Assembly (NCBI GenBank): GCA_002314875.1
Contig: DCHS01000002.1
Coordinates: 1,115 to 65,114 of the forward strand
Source: Prevotellaceae bacterium UBA1746
Lineage (GTDB): Bacteria > Bacteroidota > Bacteroidia > Bacteroidales > Bacteroidaceae
DNA length: 64,000 bases
Direction of reading: 5' to 3'
Part shown: piece by piece, positions 9,487-20,516 of the stretch
Numbering within the stretch: the stretch's first letter is position 1
How the letters are laid out: each line of letters opens with the position of its first letter
The notes under the pieces: generated by a model
What the model was told of the DNA's origin: nothing
The model's database searches: none
Seen by the model: only the letters and a program-made list of their open reading frames with translations
Program-made: the position numbers and the translations under genes

Positions 9487-12400
9487 ATGAATTTCGACAA
9501 AAGATTTTCACTGATTGCCCCTATGGCAATTGTAGCCACGATGGCTTCAGCCCAGATGACCACCTCTTCAATGAGCGGTCATATCACGGACGAAAATGGT
9601 GAGCCTATTATCGGTGCCAATGTTGTCGCAGTACACACTCCTTCTGGTACTCGCTATGGTGCAATGACCAACAATGACGGTCTCTACACCATGCAGGGTA
9701 TGCGTGTCGGTGGCCCCTACGAGATCACCATCTCTTACATCGGCTACAAGACTACCGTTTACAAGGATGTTGTTCTCAGCCTCGCTGAAAACTTCGCCCT
9801 TAACTCTTCAATGACCGTTAGCGATAACCAGCTCGGCGAAGCAGTTGTAGCAACCACCCGTGCTACCAAGTTCTCTACCCAGAAGACCGGTGCTGCTACC
9901 AACATCTCTAACGCTGACATGGTAAGCATGCCTACCGTAAGCCGTAGCGTGACCGACTTCACTCGTCTCTCTCCCTATGGTGGTAATGGTATGAGCTTCC
10001 AGGGTTCCGATGGTCGTACTGGTAACTTCACCGTTGACGGTGCTAACTTCAACAACAACTTCGGTTTGAGTTCTAACCTCCCCGGTGGTGGTAGCCCTAT
10101 CTCTATCGAAGCTATTGAAGAAATGCAGGTTGTTATCTCTCCCTTCGACGTACGTCAGACCGGTTTCATCGGTGGTGCTGTAAACGCTATCACCAAGTCT
10201 GGTACCAACAAGGTTCACGGTAGTGCCTACGTTTATCACAAGAACGAAAACATGCGTGGTGATGCAATCGAAGGCGAAGCTATTGACGGTGCTCGTAACA
10301 AGGACCGCAAGACCACTTATGGTTTCACTCTCGGTGCTCCCATCATCAAGAACAAGCTCTTCTTCTTCGTAAACGGTGAAATGGAGAAGACTCCTACCAT
10401 TGCAAACCGCTGGCGTGGTTCTGATAATGGTGTCGGTGTTAACACCCAGTACATCTCTCGTACCAAGAACTCCGACCTTCAGCGCGTTTCTGAATTCGTA
10501 AAGAAAAACTATGGTTACGACACTGGTTCTTGGACTGACTTCCCCGCTGACGAAAGCAACTACAAGCTCCTCGCTCGTCTCGACTGGAACATCAACGATA
10601 AGAACAAGGTAGCTCTCCGTTACAACTTCACCAAGAACCGTGGTTGGAATTCTCCTAACGGTACTTCTATGGATGGTGGTACTCGTGCTGCTAACTATCG
10701 TACATCTCTCTACTCAATGTCGTTTGCTAACTCTATGTACGCAGTTGATAACCTCGTACATTCTGTTTCTCTCGACTTCAACAGCCGTATCAACGACAAG
10801 ATTACCAATCAGTTCCTCGCAACTTTCTCTAAGCTCGACGACGTTCGTGCTACCAACTCTGAAGAATTCCCCTTCATCGATATCCTCGATGGTGGCCAGA
10901 CTGGTGTAGATGGTACCACCGCAGCTGACGGTAGCGATAACTACATGGCTCTCGGTTACGAACTCTTCACCTGGAACAACGCTGTTCACAACACCGTTAT
11001 GAACATGAAGGACGATATGACCTTCAACCTCGGTAAGCACAAGGTTCTTGCTGGTATCAACTACGAATACCAGATGGCAGACAACCAGTACATGCGTAAC
11101 GGTTCCGGTTACTATCGTTACAAGAGCGTTGATGATTTCCTCTCTGGTGCTGCTCCTGAAGTTGTATGTTTGACCTATGGTTACGGTGGTGAAACCAATC
11201 CTGCAGCTCGTGTAGCTTTCAGCCGTGCAGGTATCTATGGCCAGGATGAATGGCAGGTTTCTGATAACTTCAAGCTCACCCTCGGTCTCCGTATCGACGA
11301 TATCTTCTTCAACAACGGTGACTTGATGACCAACAAGGCTATCTATGATCTCGACTATGCAGGTCGTCACATCGATACCGGTACCTGGCCCAAGTCTTTC
11401 CCCAGCTTCTCACCCCGTGTAGGTTTCAACTGGGATGTATTCGGTGATAAGAGCCTCACCCTCCGTGGTGGTACCGGTCTCTTCACTGGTCGTCTCCCCC
11501 TCGTATTCTTCACCAACATGCCTACCAACTCTGGTATGGTTCAGTATCAGGCACAGATCAATGCCAAGAATGCAGCCAAGAAGGGCTTTACCATGGATGA
11601 ATTCGCAGGTGGTCTCGTAACCGACGCTAACGGTAAGGCAACTGTTGATGCTCTCCGTGAAAAGCTCATCAGCCTCGGTTATCCTGAAAACATCACTCCT
11701 GAAGAAGGTACCGCTCCTTCATCTATCAGCGCAGTTGATCCCGACTTCAAGATGCCTCAGGTTTGGAAGACCTCTTTCGCTGTTGACTATCAGTTCCCCG
11801 TAAGCTTCCCCTTCACCATCACTGCAGAAGGTATCTTCAACAAGGTAGTTAACGATGCATGCATCGAAGACTGGAGTATCTCTGACGTAGGTGGTTTCGC
11901 TCGCTTCAACGGCGTTGACAACCGTCCTATCTATCCCAGCGGCTTCCGTTCTGGTACCAAGGCATTTATGTTGACCAACACCAACCGCGGTTATGGTTGG
12001 AGCGCAAGCGTAAGCATGGACATGCGTCCCTTCGACTGGATGTCAATCAAGGCAGCTTACACCCACACCGTAAAGAAGGAAGTTACTTCTCTCCCTGGTT
12101 CTGCTGCTGAGTCTGCATTCACCTACGTTCCCACTTACGAAGGTCCTAACAACATCAAGCTTCACAACGGTGTGAATGTTGAACCCGATCGTTTCTTCGC
12201 AGCTTTGACCTTGCATGACAAGAGCGGTAATCACTTCAGCTTCATTTATGAAACCTGGCGCGGTGGTTACAACTATTCTTGCATGACCGTAAACGATATG
12301 AACGGTGATGGTTACAACTACGATGCAATTTACGTTCCTACCGATGCAGAGGTTGCAAACGGTGATTTCCGTTTCGTTTCTACTGACGATGCAACCCGCT

Positions 12401-12795
12401 TCATGGATTATGTACACAACAACAGCTACTTGAAGAGCCGTCAGGGCAAGTATGCAGAAGGCTACAGCATGTACTCTCCTTGGGTACATCGCGTTGACTT
12501 CAGCTACAAGCACGACTTCAACTTCAACATCGCTGGTACCAAGCACACCATCCAGGCAAGCCTCGATGTTAAGAACCTCCTCAACCTCTTCAACTCCAGC
12601 TGGGGTGTAGCAAAGACTCTCAACTCTGCTATCGGTTCTGACGCTCGTATCTTGAAGTACGAAGGTGTTGATGCTCAGGGTTATGCAACCTTCTCAACTC
12701 CTAAGGCTATCAACGGTGAAACTGTTACCTTCCTTCCCAACCATGCAATCGGTCAGTGCTGGTACGCTTCCATCGGTGCTAAGTACATCTTCTAA
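9487..12795 (+). CDS. TonB-dependent receptor (carboxypeptidase-regulatory-like N-domain, Oar-type)
   Basis: Signal peptide, GEPIIGANV N-domain, plug motifs TVDGANFNN and GGAVNAITKSGTN, FSPRVGFNWD, terminal KYIF. Confidence 0.92.
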   Translation: MNFDKRFSLIAPMAIVATMASAQMTTSSMSGHITDENGEPIIGANVVAVHTPSGTRYGAMTNNDGLYTMQGMRVGGPYEITISYIGYKTTVYKDVVLSLAENFALNSSMTVSDNQLGEAVVATTRATKFSTQKTGAATNISNADMVSMPTVSRSVTDFTRLSPYGGNGMSFQGSDGRTGNFTVDGANFNNNFGLSSNLPGGGSPISIEAIEEMQVVISPFDVRQTGFIGGAVNAITKSGTNKVHGSAYVYHKNENMRGDAIEGEAIDGARNKDRKTTYGFTLGAPIIKNKLFFFVNGEMEKTPTIANRWRGSDNGVGVNTQYISRTKNSDLQRVSEFVKKNYGYDTGSWTDFPADESNYKLLARLDWNINDKNKVALRYNFTKNRGWNSPNGTSMDGGTRAANYRTSLYSMSFANSMYAVDNLVHSVSLDFNSRINDKITNQFLATFSKLDDVRATNSEEFPFIDILDGGQTGVDGTTAADGSDNYMALGYELFTWNNAVHNTVMNMKDDMTFNLGKHKVLAGINYEYQMADNQYMRNGSGYYRYKSVDDFLSGAAPEVVCLTYGYGGETNPAARVAFSRAGIYGQDEWQVSDNFKLTLGLRIDDIFFNNGDLMTNKAIYDLDYAGRHIDTGTWPKSFPSFSPRVGFNWDVFGDKSLTLRGGTGLFTGRLPLVFFTNMPTNSGMVQYQAQINAKNAAKKGFTMDEFAGGLVTDANGKATVDALREKLISLGYPENITPEEGTAPSSISAVDPDFKMPQVWKTSFAVDYQFPVSFPFTITAEGIFNKVVNDACIEDWSISDVGGFARFNGVDNRPIYPSGFRSGTKAFMLTNTNRGYGWSASVSMDMRPFDWMSIKAAYTHTVKKEVTSLPGSAAESAFTYVPTYEGPNNIKLHNGVNVEPDRFFAALTLHDKSGNHFSFIYETWRGGYNYSCMTVNDMNGDGYNYDAIYVPTDAEVANGDFRFVSTDDATRFMDYVHNNSYLKSRQGKYAEGYSMYSPWVHRVDFSYKHDFNFNIAGTKHTIQASLDVKNLLNLFNSSWGVAKTLNSAIGSDARILKYEGVDAQGYATFSTPKAINGETVTFLPNHAIGQCWYASIGAKYIF

Positions 12796-12816
12796 TCGTT
12801 TAATCTCGTTTAAATC

Positions 12817-14346
12817 ATGAAAATCAAACATATTTTCTTTGCACTCGTTGCTGTCATCGGTCTCTTCTCTGCTTGTAGCGAAGAAGAAATGACCGTTCTT
12901 GATTCTGTGCAGGTAACCAAGTCTTACATTACCTTCGATGCTAATGGTGGTTCTGACAAGACTGTTGTAACTGCTAAGGGCGCATGGACCATTTCCGATG
13001 TACCTGAATGGATCACCGTATCTCCCGCAAGTGGTCAGGCTGGTGAAACTGAAGTTACCTTCAGCGCACCTGCTGCTACTGCAAGCCGTACTGCAACCCT
13101 CTCTCTTCAGGTTGACGGCCAGACTGAATTCCAGCGCATCAACGTTCTCCAGCAGACCGAAAAGGTAGAACTCCCCATCTCTACCTGCGCTACCGTTCTC
13201 AAGGGCCCCGATAGCGATACCTATCGTGTTAAGGGTTCTGTTACCAAGATTGTCAACACTACCTATGGTAACTGGTACCTCGCTGACGAAACCGGCGAAG
13301 TTTATATCTACGGTACTCTCGACGCTAATGGTGGCGAAAAGAACTTTACCAGCCTCGGCATCGAAGTTGGTGACATCGTTACTTGCGAAGGTCCTAAGAC
13401 CACTTACAACGGTGTTGTTGAACTCGTTAATGTAAGCGTTATCGCAATCGAGAAGTCTCTCATGAAGGTTGACTCTCTCTCTGTTGAAACTCTTCCCAAG
13501 GAAGGTGGCGAATTCATCGCTTATCTTACCTGCAAGGGTAGCAACGTGAATGTTGAAGCTGCAGAAGACTGGGTATCTGTAAAGACTATCAAGTCTCTTG
13601 GCAACAACCTCTATGAAGTTTACTTCAAGGTAGGTGCTAACGACGGTGGTGCTCGTTCTTCTGAACTCACCTTCCAAACCCAGGCTAACGGCAAGACCTA
13701 TACTTCTACCAGCACTATTGCTCAGGAAGGTTCTATCGTTGACGTTAACTGCGCAACCTTCAATACTCTTGCAGACGATCCCAATGCTCTCTACAAGGTT
13801 CACGGTATTGTTACCAAGATTGCAAATGACACTTACGGTAACTACTACATCAATGATGGTACTGGTGAAGTTTATGTTTACGGTACTCTCGATGCAAACG
13901 GTAACACCAAGAACTTCTCTTCTCTCGGCATCACTGTTGGTGACGAAGTTGTTCTCCAGAGCATCAAGACTTCTTACAATGGTACCAACCAGATGAAGAA
14001 CGCTGTAGTTGTTAGCCACACCGCTCACGACGTTAAGACCGTTGCTGAACTCCAGGGTCTCGAAGATGACAAGAACACCTATTACCTCGTAACTGGTACT
14101 GTATTCCACCTTGAAGGTGATGCATACAAGTTCGATCTTGAAACCTATGGTAACTTCGGTCTCAAGGACGAAACCGGTGAAATCTACGTTTACGGTGTTG
14201 CTGACGCTCTCGATGGTGTAACCAAGAACTTCAAGGCTACTGGTATCCAGGAAGGCGACAAAGTTACTCTCCTCGCTTACAAGACTTCTTACAAGGGTAA
14301 CAACCAGATTGTAGGTAAGTTCATCAAAAAGGAAACCGCTGAATAA
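12817..14346 (+). CDS. Surface lipoprotein with two BACON domains and three OB-fold-like repeats
   Basis: Lipobox FSAC. BACON motifs WITVSPASG..R and DWVSV..ANDGGARS. Three repeats of YGNxYxxDxTGEvYvYG..GD.V....KTSYNG. Confidence 0.8.
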   Translation: MKIKHIFFALVAVIGLFSACSEEEMTVLDSVQVTKSYITFDANGGSDKTVVTAKGAWTISDVPEWITVSPASGQAGETEVTFSAPAATASRTATLSLQVDGQTEFQRINVLQQTEKVELPISTCATVLKGPDSDTYRVKGSVTKIVNTTYGNWYLADETGEVYIYGTLDANGGEKNFTSLGIEVGDIVTCEGPKTTYNGVVELVNVSVIAIEKSLMKVDSLSVETLPKEGGEFIAYLTCKGSNVNVEAAEDWVSVKTIKSLGNNLYEVYFKVGANDGGARSSELTFQTQANGKTYTSTSTIAQEGSIVDVNCATFNTLADDPNALYKVHGIVTKIANDTYGNYYINDGTGEVYVYGTLDANGNTKNFSSLGITVGDEVVLQSIKTSYNGTNQMKNAVVVSHTAHDVKTVAELQGLEDDKNTYYLVTGTVFHLEGDAYKFDLETYGNFGLKDETGEIYVYGVADALDGVTKNFKATGIQEGDKVTLLAYKTSYKGNNQIVGKFIKKETAE

Positions 14347-14392
14347 TCCAGATTTCCCGTCAAGTTCATCGTAACTTGATCAGATAATGACT

Positions 14393-14445
14393 TTCGCTCC
14401 CGTGCTTCTATATTTATATTATAGGAGTGTGGGAGCGATTATTTT
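14393..14445 (+). terminator. Intrinsic terminator
   Basis: TCGCTCCCGTGCTTCTATA/TATAGGAGTGTGGGAGCGA stem plus T-rich tail. Confidence 0.75.
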
Positions 14446-14530
14446 GCGTGTCGAGAAGACAAAAACGAGCTTAATTGCTTATTTCCTTAAAAATATTAAG
14501 AAAATTATTTGGTAATATCACGAAAATCAG

Positions 14531-14587
14531 TACCTTTGCACTCGAATTAAGTTGTGAGGGGCTTGCAAAGCTCCTCACTTCTTTTTA
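14531..14587 (+). promoter_or_regulatory. rimP promoter and rimP-leader-like attenuator hairpin
   Basis: TACCTTTG -7 element, then GTGAGGGGCTT-GCA-AAGCTCCTCAC followed by TTCTTTTT in the 5' UTR. This fits the known terminator-like rimP leader. Confidence 0.7.
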
Positions 14588-14676
14588 ATAATGACATTTG
14601 CCCTTAAAGACAATTGCCCAATAACGTTGTTCTGTTCATGCTCACCCCATGGCTGAACGCAAATACTATCGTTTTA

Positions 14677-15144
14677 ATGATTAGCAAAGAGACTGTAAAA
14701 ACTTTAATCGATCAGTGGCTCGAGGACAAGGACTATTTCCTTACTGACCTCACCATTAGCGCTGATGATCGTATCGTCGTGGAAATTGACCACGAGGAAG
14801 GTGTATGGATTGATGACTGCGTGGCACTGTCCCGTTTCATCGAAGGTGGTCTTAACCGTGACGAAGAGGATTTCGAACTCGAAGTAGGCTCTGCAGGTAT
14901 CGGTCAGCCTTTCAAGGTTCATCGCCAATATGAAATCCACACCGGCGATGATGTGGAAGTTCTTACCACCGCTGGTAAGAAGATGATCGGTGTCCTCACT
15001 GATGTCAGCGAAGACGGCATTGTTCTCACCACCGTAGAAAAGGTAAAGAAGGAAGGTGAGAAGCGTCCCCACCTCGAAGAGGTAGAACACCCCCTCACTT
15101 TTGCTGAAATCAAGTGGACAAAGCTCTACATTGATTTTAAGTAA
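14677..15144 (+). CDS. rimP: Ribosome maturation factor RimP
   Basis: GVWIDDCVALSR and FELEVGSAGI motifs, upstream of nusA. Start moved to the ATG at 14677. Confidence 0.95.
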   Translation: MISKETVKTLIDQWLEDKDYFLTDLTISADDRIVVEIDHEEGVWIDDCVALSRFIEGGLNRDEEDFELEVGSAGIGQPFKVHRQYEIHTGDDVEVLTTAGKKMIGVLTDVSEDGIVLTTVEKVKKEGEKRPHLEEVEHPLTFAEIKWTKLYIDFK

Positions 15145-15206
15145 AACCGGAAAGTCTGAAAGTTCCGGCGCATCCCCCAGCAAACAAAATAAAAACACAA
15201 TATACA

Positions 15207-16481
15207 ATGGCAAAGAAAGTAATAGAAGAACCCGTACAGACCCTCTTGGAATCTTTCACAGAGTTCAATGAGACCAAGCACATTGACAAGACCACCCTTC
15301 TGGGTGTTTTGGAAGAAAGTTTCCGCAGTGTTATCGCCAAGCTCTTCGGTAGCGATGAGAATTACACCGTAGTTGTTAACCCTGAAAAGGGTGACCTCGA
15401 AATTAGCCGCAGCCGTGAAGTTGTTGCTGATGGTGAAGTTGAAGACAGCAACCGTCAGATCCCTCTTTCTGAAGCACAGCTTATCGAAGCTGACTTCGAA
15501 ATCGGTGAAGATGTTACCGAACAGGTAAACTTTGAGAGCTTCGGTCGCCGTGCAATCCTTACCCTCCGTCAGACCCTTGCCAGCAAGATCCTCGAACTCG
15601 AACACGAAACCCTTTACAACAAGTATAAGGATCGTGAGGGCGAACTCATCTCTGCTGAAGTTTATCAGGTTTGGAAGAGCGAAGCACTTCTCGTTGATGC
15701 TGCAAAGAACGACCTCCTTCTTCCCAAGGCACATCAGATTCCTCGCGATTTCTATCGCAAGGGTGAAAACGTTCGCGCTGTCATCGAACGCGTTGACAAC
15801 ACCAACGGTAATCCCAAGATTTATGTAAGCCGTACCAGCCCCACTTTCCTCCGTCGTTTGCTCGAAGAGGAAATTCCTGAAATTGCTGACGGCATCATCC
15901 GCGTTGTTGACATCGCTCGTATCCCCGGCGAACGCGCTAAGATTAGCGTTGAAACCAGCGACGAGCACATCGATCCCGTAGGTGCTTGCGTAGGTGTTAA
16001 GGGTAGCCGTATCCACGGTATCGTTCGTGAACTCCACAATGAGAACATCGACGTAATCCCCTTCAGCGCTAATACTGAACTCTACATCCAGCGCGCACTC
16101 AATCCCGCTCAGATCGTTGATATCAAACTCGATCCCGAAACCAAGAAGGCAGATGTTTATCTGAAGCCCGACCAGGTTAGTCTTGCTATCGGTAAGGGCG
16201 GCCAGAATATCAAGCTGGCTTCAATGCTCACCGGTTACACTATCGATGTATTCCGTGAACTTGAAGAAGGTAAGGAAAGCGAAGACATCTATCTCGATGA
16301 ATTCAATGACGAAATCGACCAGTGGGTTATCGATGCAGTTAAGAGCCTCGGCCTCACCACTGCTAAGGATGTTCTCAACGCTCCCCGTGATATGATTGTT
16401 ACCCGTGCTGACCTTGAAGAAGAAACCGTTGACGATCTGTTAAGTGTCCTCCGCGCTGAGTTTGAGGATGAAGAAAGCTAA
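15207..16481 (+). CDS. nusA: Transcription termination factor NusA
   Basis: FGRRA, ARIPGERAK, DPVGACVG, AIGKGGQN motifs. Confidence 0.98.
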   Translation: MAKKVIEEPVQTLLESFTEFNETKHIDKTTLLGVLEESFRSVIAKLFGSDENYTVVVNPEKGDLEISRSREVVADGEVEDSNRQIPLSEAQLIEADFEIGEDVTEQVNFESFGRRAILTLRQTLASKILELEHETLYNKYKDREGELISAEVYQVWKSEALLVDAAKNDLLLPKAHQIPRDFYRKGENVRAVIERVDNTNGNPKIYVSRTSPTFLRRLLEEEIPEIADGIIRVVDIARIPGERAKISVETSDEHIDPVGACVGVKGSRIHGIVRELHNENIDVIPFSANTELYIQRALNPAQIVDIKLDPETKKADVYLKPDQVSLAIGKGGQNIKLASMLTGYTIDVFRELEEGKESEDIYLDEFNDEIDQWVIDAVKSLGLTTAKDVLNAPRDMIVTRADLEEETVDDLLSVLRAEFEDEES

Positions 16482-16562
16482 TGTTTCGATTCTGCATGGC
16501 AAATCCATACAGTAATCCAACATTAACCCTTTCTATCAACCTCTAAACAACTCAAATAATAT

Positions 16563-19415
16563 ATGCGCATAAGTAAAGTAACAAAAGAATTCAATGTTTC
16601 CCTCAATAGCGTTATTGAGGTACTCAAGGAAAACGGCATCGAAGTAGAGCCCAACCTCAATACCAAGATTGACGACAGTCTCCACGAACTCTTTGCTAAG
16701 AAGTTCGGTGCAGACAAGGCCATGAAGGATGAGGCAAATTCACTCTTCAAGGAACGTCGCGACGAAAAGCAGGCTGCTCTTGATCAAGCTCGCGCTGATC
16801 GTGAAGCTGACAAGGCTGCAGAAGAAGCTGCTCGCGCTGCTGAAAAGGCTGCTGCTGAGGAAGCTGCTCGTGTAGCCGCAGAAAAGGCTGCCGCTGAGGA
16901 AGCTGCTCGTGTAGCTGCTGAAAAGGCAGAAGCAGAAACTGCTGCCCGCGCTGCTCAGGAAGCAGAAATCGCTGTTCCCGAAATCGTTACTCCTGAAGTT
17001 GTTGAGGAAGCTCCTGTAGAGGATGCTCCCCGTGCAAAGAAGGAGAAACTCACTGTTGAAGAGCGTGCAGAACGCATTGGTAGCGAAAATGAAGATGGTG
17101 TTTTCCAGCTTAAATCCGCTCCCACCGTCAGTGGTCCCAAGGTTCTCGGTACCATCGACCTTTCCAGCCTCAACCAGACCACTCGTCCAAAGAAGAAGTC
17201 TAAGGAAGAGCGTCGTAAGGAAAGAGATGAAAAGCGTCAGGGTGCTCAGGGCCAGGCACAGGGTCAGGGCCAGAACGGCGACAAGAAGAAGCGTAACCGC
17301 ATCGGTAAGGAACGCGTAGACGTTGCTGCCGAATCTCGCAATAATCAGGGCCAGAACCAGGGTCAGAAGAAGAATAACGGCGGTAAGAACCAGAACGGCC
17401 AGAATGGTCAGAATCAGGGTAACCGCAATAACCAGAACGGTCAGAATGGCCAGGGTCAGAATGGCAAGAAGCGTGGCAAGAACCAGCCTAAGCAGGAGCC
17501 TGTTCAGATCAGTGATGAAGATGTAGCAAAGCAGGTGAAGGAAACCCTCGCTCGTCTTCAGGGCAAGACCAAGGGTGCCAAGGGTGCTAAGTATCGTAAG
17601 GAAAAGCGTGAAGCTGCTCGTGAACGTGCAGAAGAACAGATGATGGAACAGGATGCACAGTCAAAGATCCTGAAACTCACCGAGTTCGTTACTGCAAACG
17701 AATTGGCAACCATGATGGATGTTCCTGTAACGCAGGTTATCGGAACTTGCATGAGCCTCGGTATTATGGTTAGTATCAACCAGCGCCTTGACCAGGAAAC
17801 CATCGACCTCGTTGCTGATGAATTCGGTTTCTCTACCGAATATGTCAGCGCAGAAGTAAGCGAAGCTATCGAAGAAGAAGTTGACCGCGAAGAAGACCTC
17901 GTAGAACGCGCTCCTATCGTAACCGTAATGGGTCACGTTGACCATGGTAAAACTTCACTCCTTGACCACATTCGTAACGCTAACGTAATCGCAGGTGAAG
18001 CTGGTGGTATTACCCAGCACATCGGTGCTTACAACGTTCGCTTGAAGAATGGCCGCGAAATTACCTTCCTCGATACTCCGGGTCACGAAGCATTTACCGC
18101 TATGCGTGCTCGTGGTGCTCAGGTTACCGATATCGCTATCATCATCATCGCTGCCGACGATAATGTAATGCCCCAGACCAAGGAAGCCATCAACCACGCT
18201 GTTGCTGCGGGTGTTCCTATCGTCTTCGCTATCAACAAGATTGATAAGCCCGGAGCAAATCCCGATGCGATCAAGACCACTTTGGCTTCTATGAACTTCC
18301 TCGTTGAAGAATGGGGTGGTAAGTACCAGAGCCAGGATATTTCTGCAAAGAAGGGTCTCGGCGTTTATGAGCTTCTCGAAAAGGTGCTCCTCGAAGCCGA
18401 TATGCTCGAACTTAAGGCAAACCCCAACCGTCGTGCTACAGGTACCGTCATTGAGTCTTCTCTCGATAAGGGCCGTGGTTACGTTGCAACCGTACTCGTT
18501 AGTAATGGTACCCTCAAGCAGGGTGATATCGTGGTTGCAGGTACAAACTTCGGTCGTGTCAAGGCTCTTTTCAACGAGCGTGGTCAGCGCGTAAACGAAG
18601 TTGCTCCCGCTCACGCTGCAACCCTCCTCGGTTTCAACGGTGCTCCCCAGGCTGGTGACCAATTCCATGTAATGGAAAGCGAACAGGAAGCTCGTGAAAT
18701 TGCCAACAAGCGTCTGCAACTCCAGCGCGAACAGAATTTCCGTACTGCCAAGATGCTTACTCTTGACGAAATCGGCCGCCGCCTCAAGTTGGGTGACTAT
18801 CAGGAACTCAACATCGTGGTTAAGGGTGACGTGGACGGTTCTGTTCAGGCTCTCTCCGACAGCTTCATCCGTCTCTCTACTGAAAACATCCAGGTTAATG
18901 TTATCCATAAGGGTGTAGGTCAGATCAGCGAGAACGATGTTACCCTCGCTGCAGCTTCCAAGGCTGTTATTATCGGCTTCCAGGTTCGTCCTTCTGCCGG
19001 TGCTCGTAAGTTGGCAGAAAAGGAAGGTGTCGACATCCGCCAGTACTCCATCATCTACGATGCCATCGAAGAAGTTAAGGAAGCAATGGAAGGTATGCTC
19101 AAGCCCATCGTTAAGGAAGAACTCACCGCTACCGTTGAAGTACGCCAGGTTTACCATATCTCCAAGGTGGGTTATGTTGCCGGTGCATACGTTATGGACG
19201 GTCGCGTGAGCCGCAGCAACAAGGCTCGCCTCATCCGCGAAGGTGTTGTTATCTTTACCGGTGATATTGACGCCCTCAAGCGCTTCAAGGATGATGTTAA
19301 GGAAGTTAGTACAAACTTCGAGTGCGGTATCTCCCTCAAGGGTTGCCAGGATATCAAGGAAGGCGACATCATCGAAACCTTTGCAGAAATCGAAGTTAAG
19401 CAGAAGTTACAGTAA
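16563..19415 (+). CDS. infB: Translation initiation factor IF-2
   Basis: [16 protein letters not shown] and NKID GTPase motifs. Confidence 0.98.
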   Translation: MRISKVTKEFNVSLNSVIEVLKENGIEVEPNLNTKIDDSLHELFAKKFGADKAMKDEANSLFKERRDEKQAALDQARADREADKAAEEAARAAEKAAAEEAARVAAEKAAAEEAARVAAEKAEAETAARAAQEAEIAVPEIVTPEVVEEAPVEDAPRAKKEKLTVEERAERIGSENEDGVFQLKSAPTVSGPKVLGTIDLSSLNQTTRPKKKSKEERRKERDEKRQGAQGQAQGQGQNGDKKKRNRIGKERVDVAAESRNNQGQNQGQKKNNGGKNQNGQNGQNQGNRNNQNGQNGQGQNGKKRGKNQPKQEPVQISDEDVAKQVKETLARLQGKTKGAKGAKYRKEKREAARERAEEQMMEQDAQSKILKLTEFVTANELATMMDVPVTQVIGTCMSLGIMVSINQRLDQETIDLVADEFGFSTEYVSAEVSEAIEEEVDREEDLVERAPIVTVMGHVDHGKTSLLDHIRNANVIAGEAGGITQHIGAYNVRLKNGREITFLDTPGHEAFTAMRARGAQVTDIAIIIIAADDNVMPQTKEAINHAVAAGVPIVFAINKIDKPGANPDAIKTTLASMNFLVEEWGGKYQSQDISAKKGLGVYELLEKVLLEADMLELKANPNRRATGTVIESSLDKGRGYVATVLVSNGTLKQGDIVVAGTNFGRVKALFNERGQRVNEVAPAHAATLLGFNGAPQAGDQFHVMESEQEAREIANKRLQLQREQNFRTAKMLTLDEIGRRLKLGDYQELNIVVKGDVDGSVQALSDSFIRLSTENIQVNVIHKGVGQISENDVTLAAASKAVIIGFQVRPSAGARKLAEKEGVDIRQYSIIYDAIEEVKEAMEGMLKPIVKEELTATVEVRQVYHISKVGYVAGAYVMDGRVSRSNKARLIREGVVIFTGDIDALKRFKDDVKEVSTNFECGISLKGCQDIKEGDIIETFAEIEVKQKLQ
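16815..16960 (+). repeat. Coding repeats ([12 protein letters not shown]) in the IF-2 linker
   Basis: Near-identical repeats GCTGAGGAAGCTGCTCGTGTAGC seen in the DNA. Confidence 0.8.
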
Positions 19416-19486
19416 AAGAACTCAAGGCAATCGCCAAGAGCACACTGTAAGCCTCAGCAATCATATTCAATTTTGGAGATAATTAA

Positions 19487-19522
19487 CAAAGAGCGGATTT
19501 TGTCGAACAATTTCCGCTTTTT
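19487..19522 (+). terminator. Terminator after infB
   Basis: CAAAGAGCGGA...TCCGCTTTTTG stem. Confidence 0.6.
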
Positions 19523-19584
19523 GTCTAAATGATTTTGATAACTCATAATGTGAGTGTAACTTTGCTCACGAAATCACATCGGAA

Positions 19585-20271
19585 ATGAAAAAGATTCTTT
19601 TTTCTGTAAGCGCTATGGCGCTCAGTCTTACCCTCACCAGCTGTGGTTTGGGTACTACTGGCAGCAGTCTTGTCAGTGGTCTTCTTGGTGGAAATACTGG
19701 TTCTACCGCCAGCAGCGTTGTTAGCGGTTTAGGAAGTGCTCTAACCAACCAGAACACCCTCGGCAATTTGCTTAGTACTTTCCTCGGTACTACCGCTGTC
19801 AGCGAAAGCACACTTTACGGAACCTGGACCTATCAGGGTGTTGACGTTGCTTTCGAAAGTGACAATCTCCTTTCAAAGGCAGGTGGCGCAGTTGCAGCTG
19901 GAACCATTGAAAACAAAATCGATGAACAGCTTTCTAAGTACGGCATCAAGAAGGGAAGCAGCAAGTTTACCTTCAACCAGGATAAGACTTTCAGCGCAAC
20001 TCTTAGTGGAAAGACCATCAACGGTACATACACCTATGATAGTTCTTCTCGCAAGATTAATCTCGTTGCCGCTCTTGGTCTCTTCAACCAGACCGCTACC
20101 GTAGGAACTACAGCAAATGGCATCAGCCTCCTCTTCGAAGCAGACAAGATGCTCAAGCTTGTTGGAACTGCAAGTTCTTTGCTCGGCAACAGCAACACAA
20201 CTCTCAGCACCCTTTCCAGCCTTGTAAACAATTATAACGGCATGCAGATTGGTCTTGGCCTTGCCAAGTAA
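19585..20271 (+). CDS. DUF4923-like lipoprotein
   Basis: Lipobox LTSC, G/S-rich linker, GTWTY...FESDNLLSKAGG and SLLFEADK motifs. Confidence 0.75.
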   Translation: MKKILFSVSAMALSLTLTSCGLGTTGSSLVSGLLGGNTGSTASSVVSGLGSALTNQNTLGNLLSTFLGTTAVSESTLYGTWTYQGVDVAFESDNLLSKAGGAVAAGTIENKIDEQLSKYGIKKGSSKFTFNQDKTFSATLSGKTINGTYTYDSSSRKINLVAALGLFNQTATVGTTANGISLLFEADKMLKLVGTASSLLGNSNTTLSTLSSLVNNYNGMQIGLGLAK

Positions 20272-20342
20272 GAGTTGAAACCCTCTTTTCAATTCATTGG
20301 AAAGAATTTAAACACGAAGCATTTCTCGTATTTATAGTTTCG

Positions 20343-20385
20343 TACTGGCTACTGTCAACAGCGGTTGATGGGGCCAGTATTTTTT
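20343..20385 (+). terminator. Intrinsic terminator
   Basis: TACTGGC...GCCAGTA stem plus T run. Confidence 0.7.
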
Positions 20386-20516
20386 ATTGACTTAGCAAAA
20401 GATTGAGACCGAAAAAGTTTTTTTTGAGATTTTATTTATTTTCTTTTGAAAATCGTAGGTAAAATCGTAATTTTGCGCACAATATAAAAGTTACAACCTA
20501 TTAGCAATCACTCAAT

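Noticed and set aside
20340-20385. Possible ZTP riboswitch upstream of purH
   Set aside because: It lies upstream of the purH promoter (TAATTTTG at 20468), lacks the pseudoknot consensus and reads as the terminator of the preceding gene.
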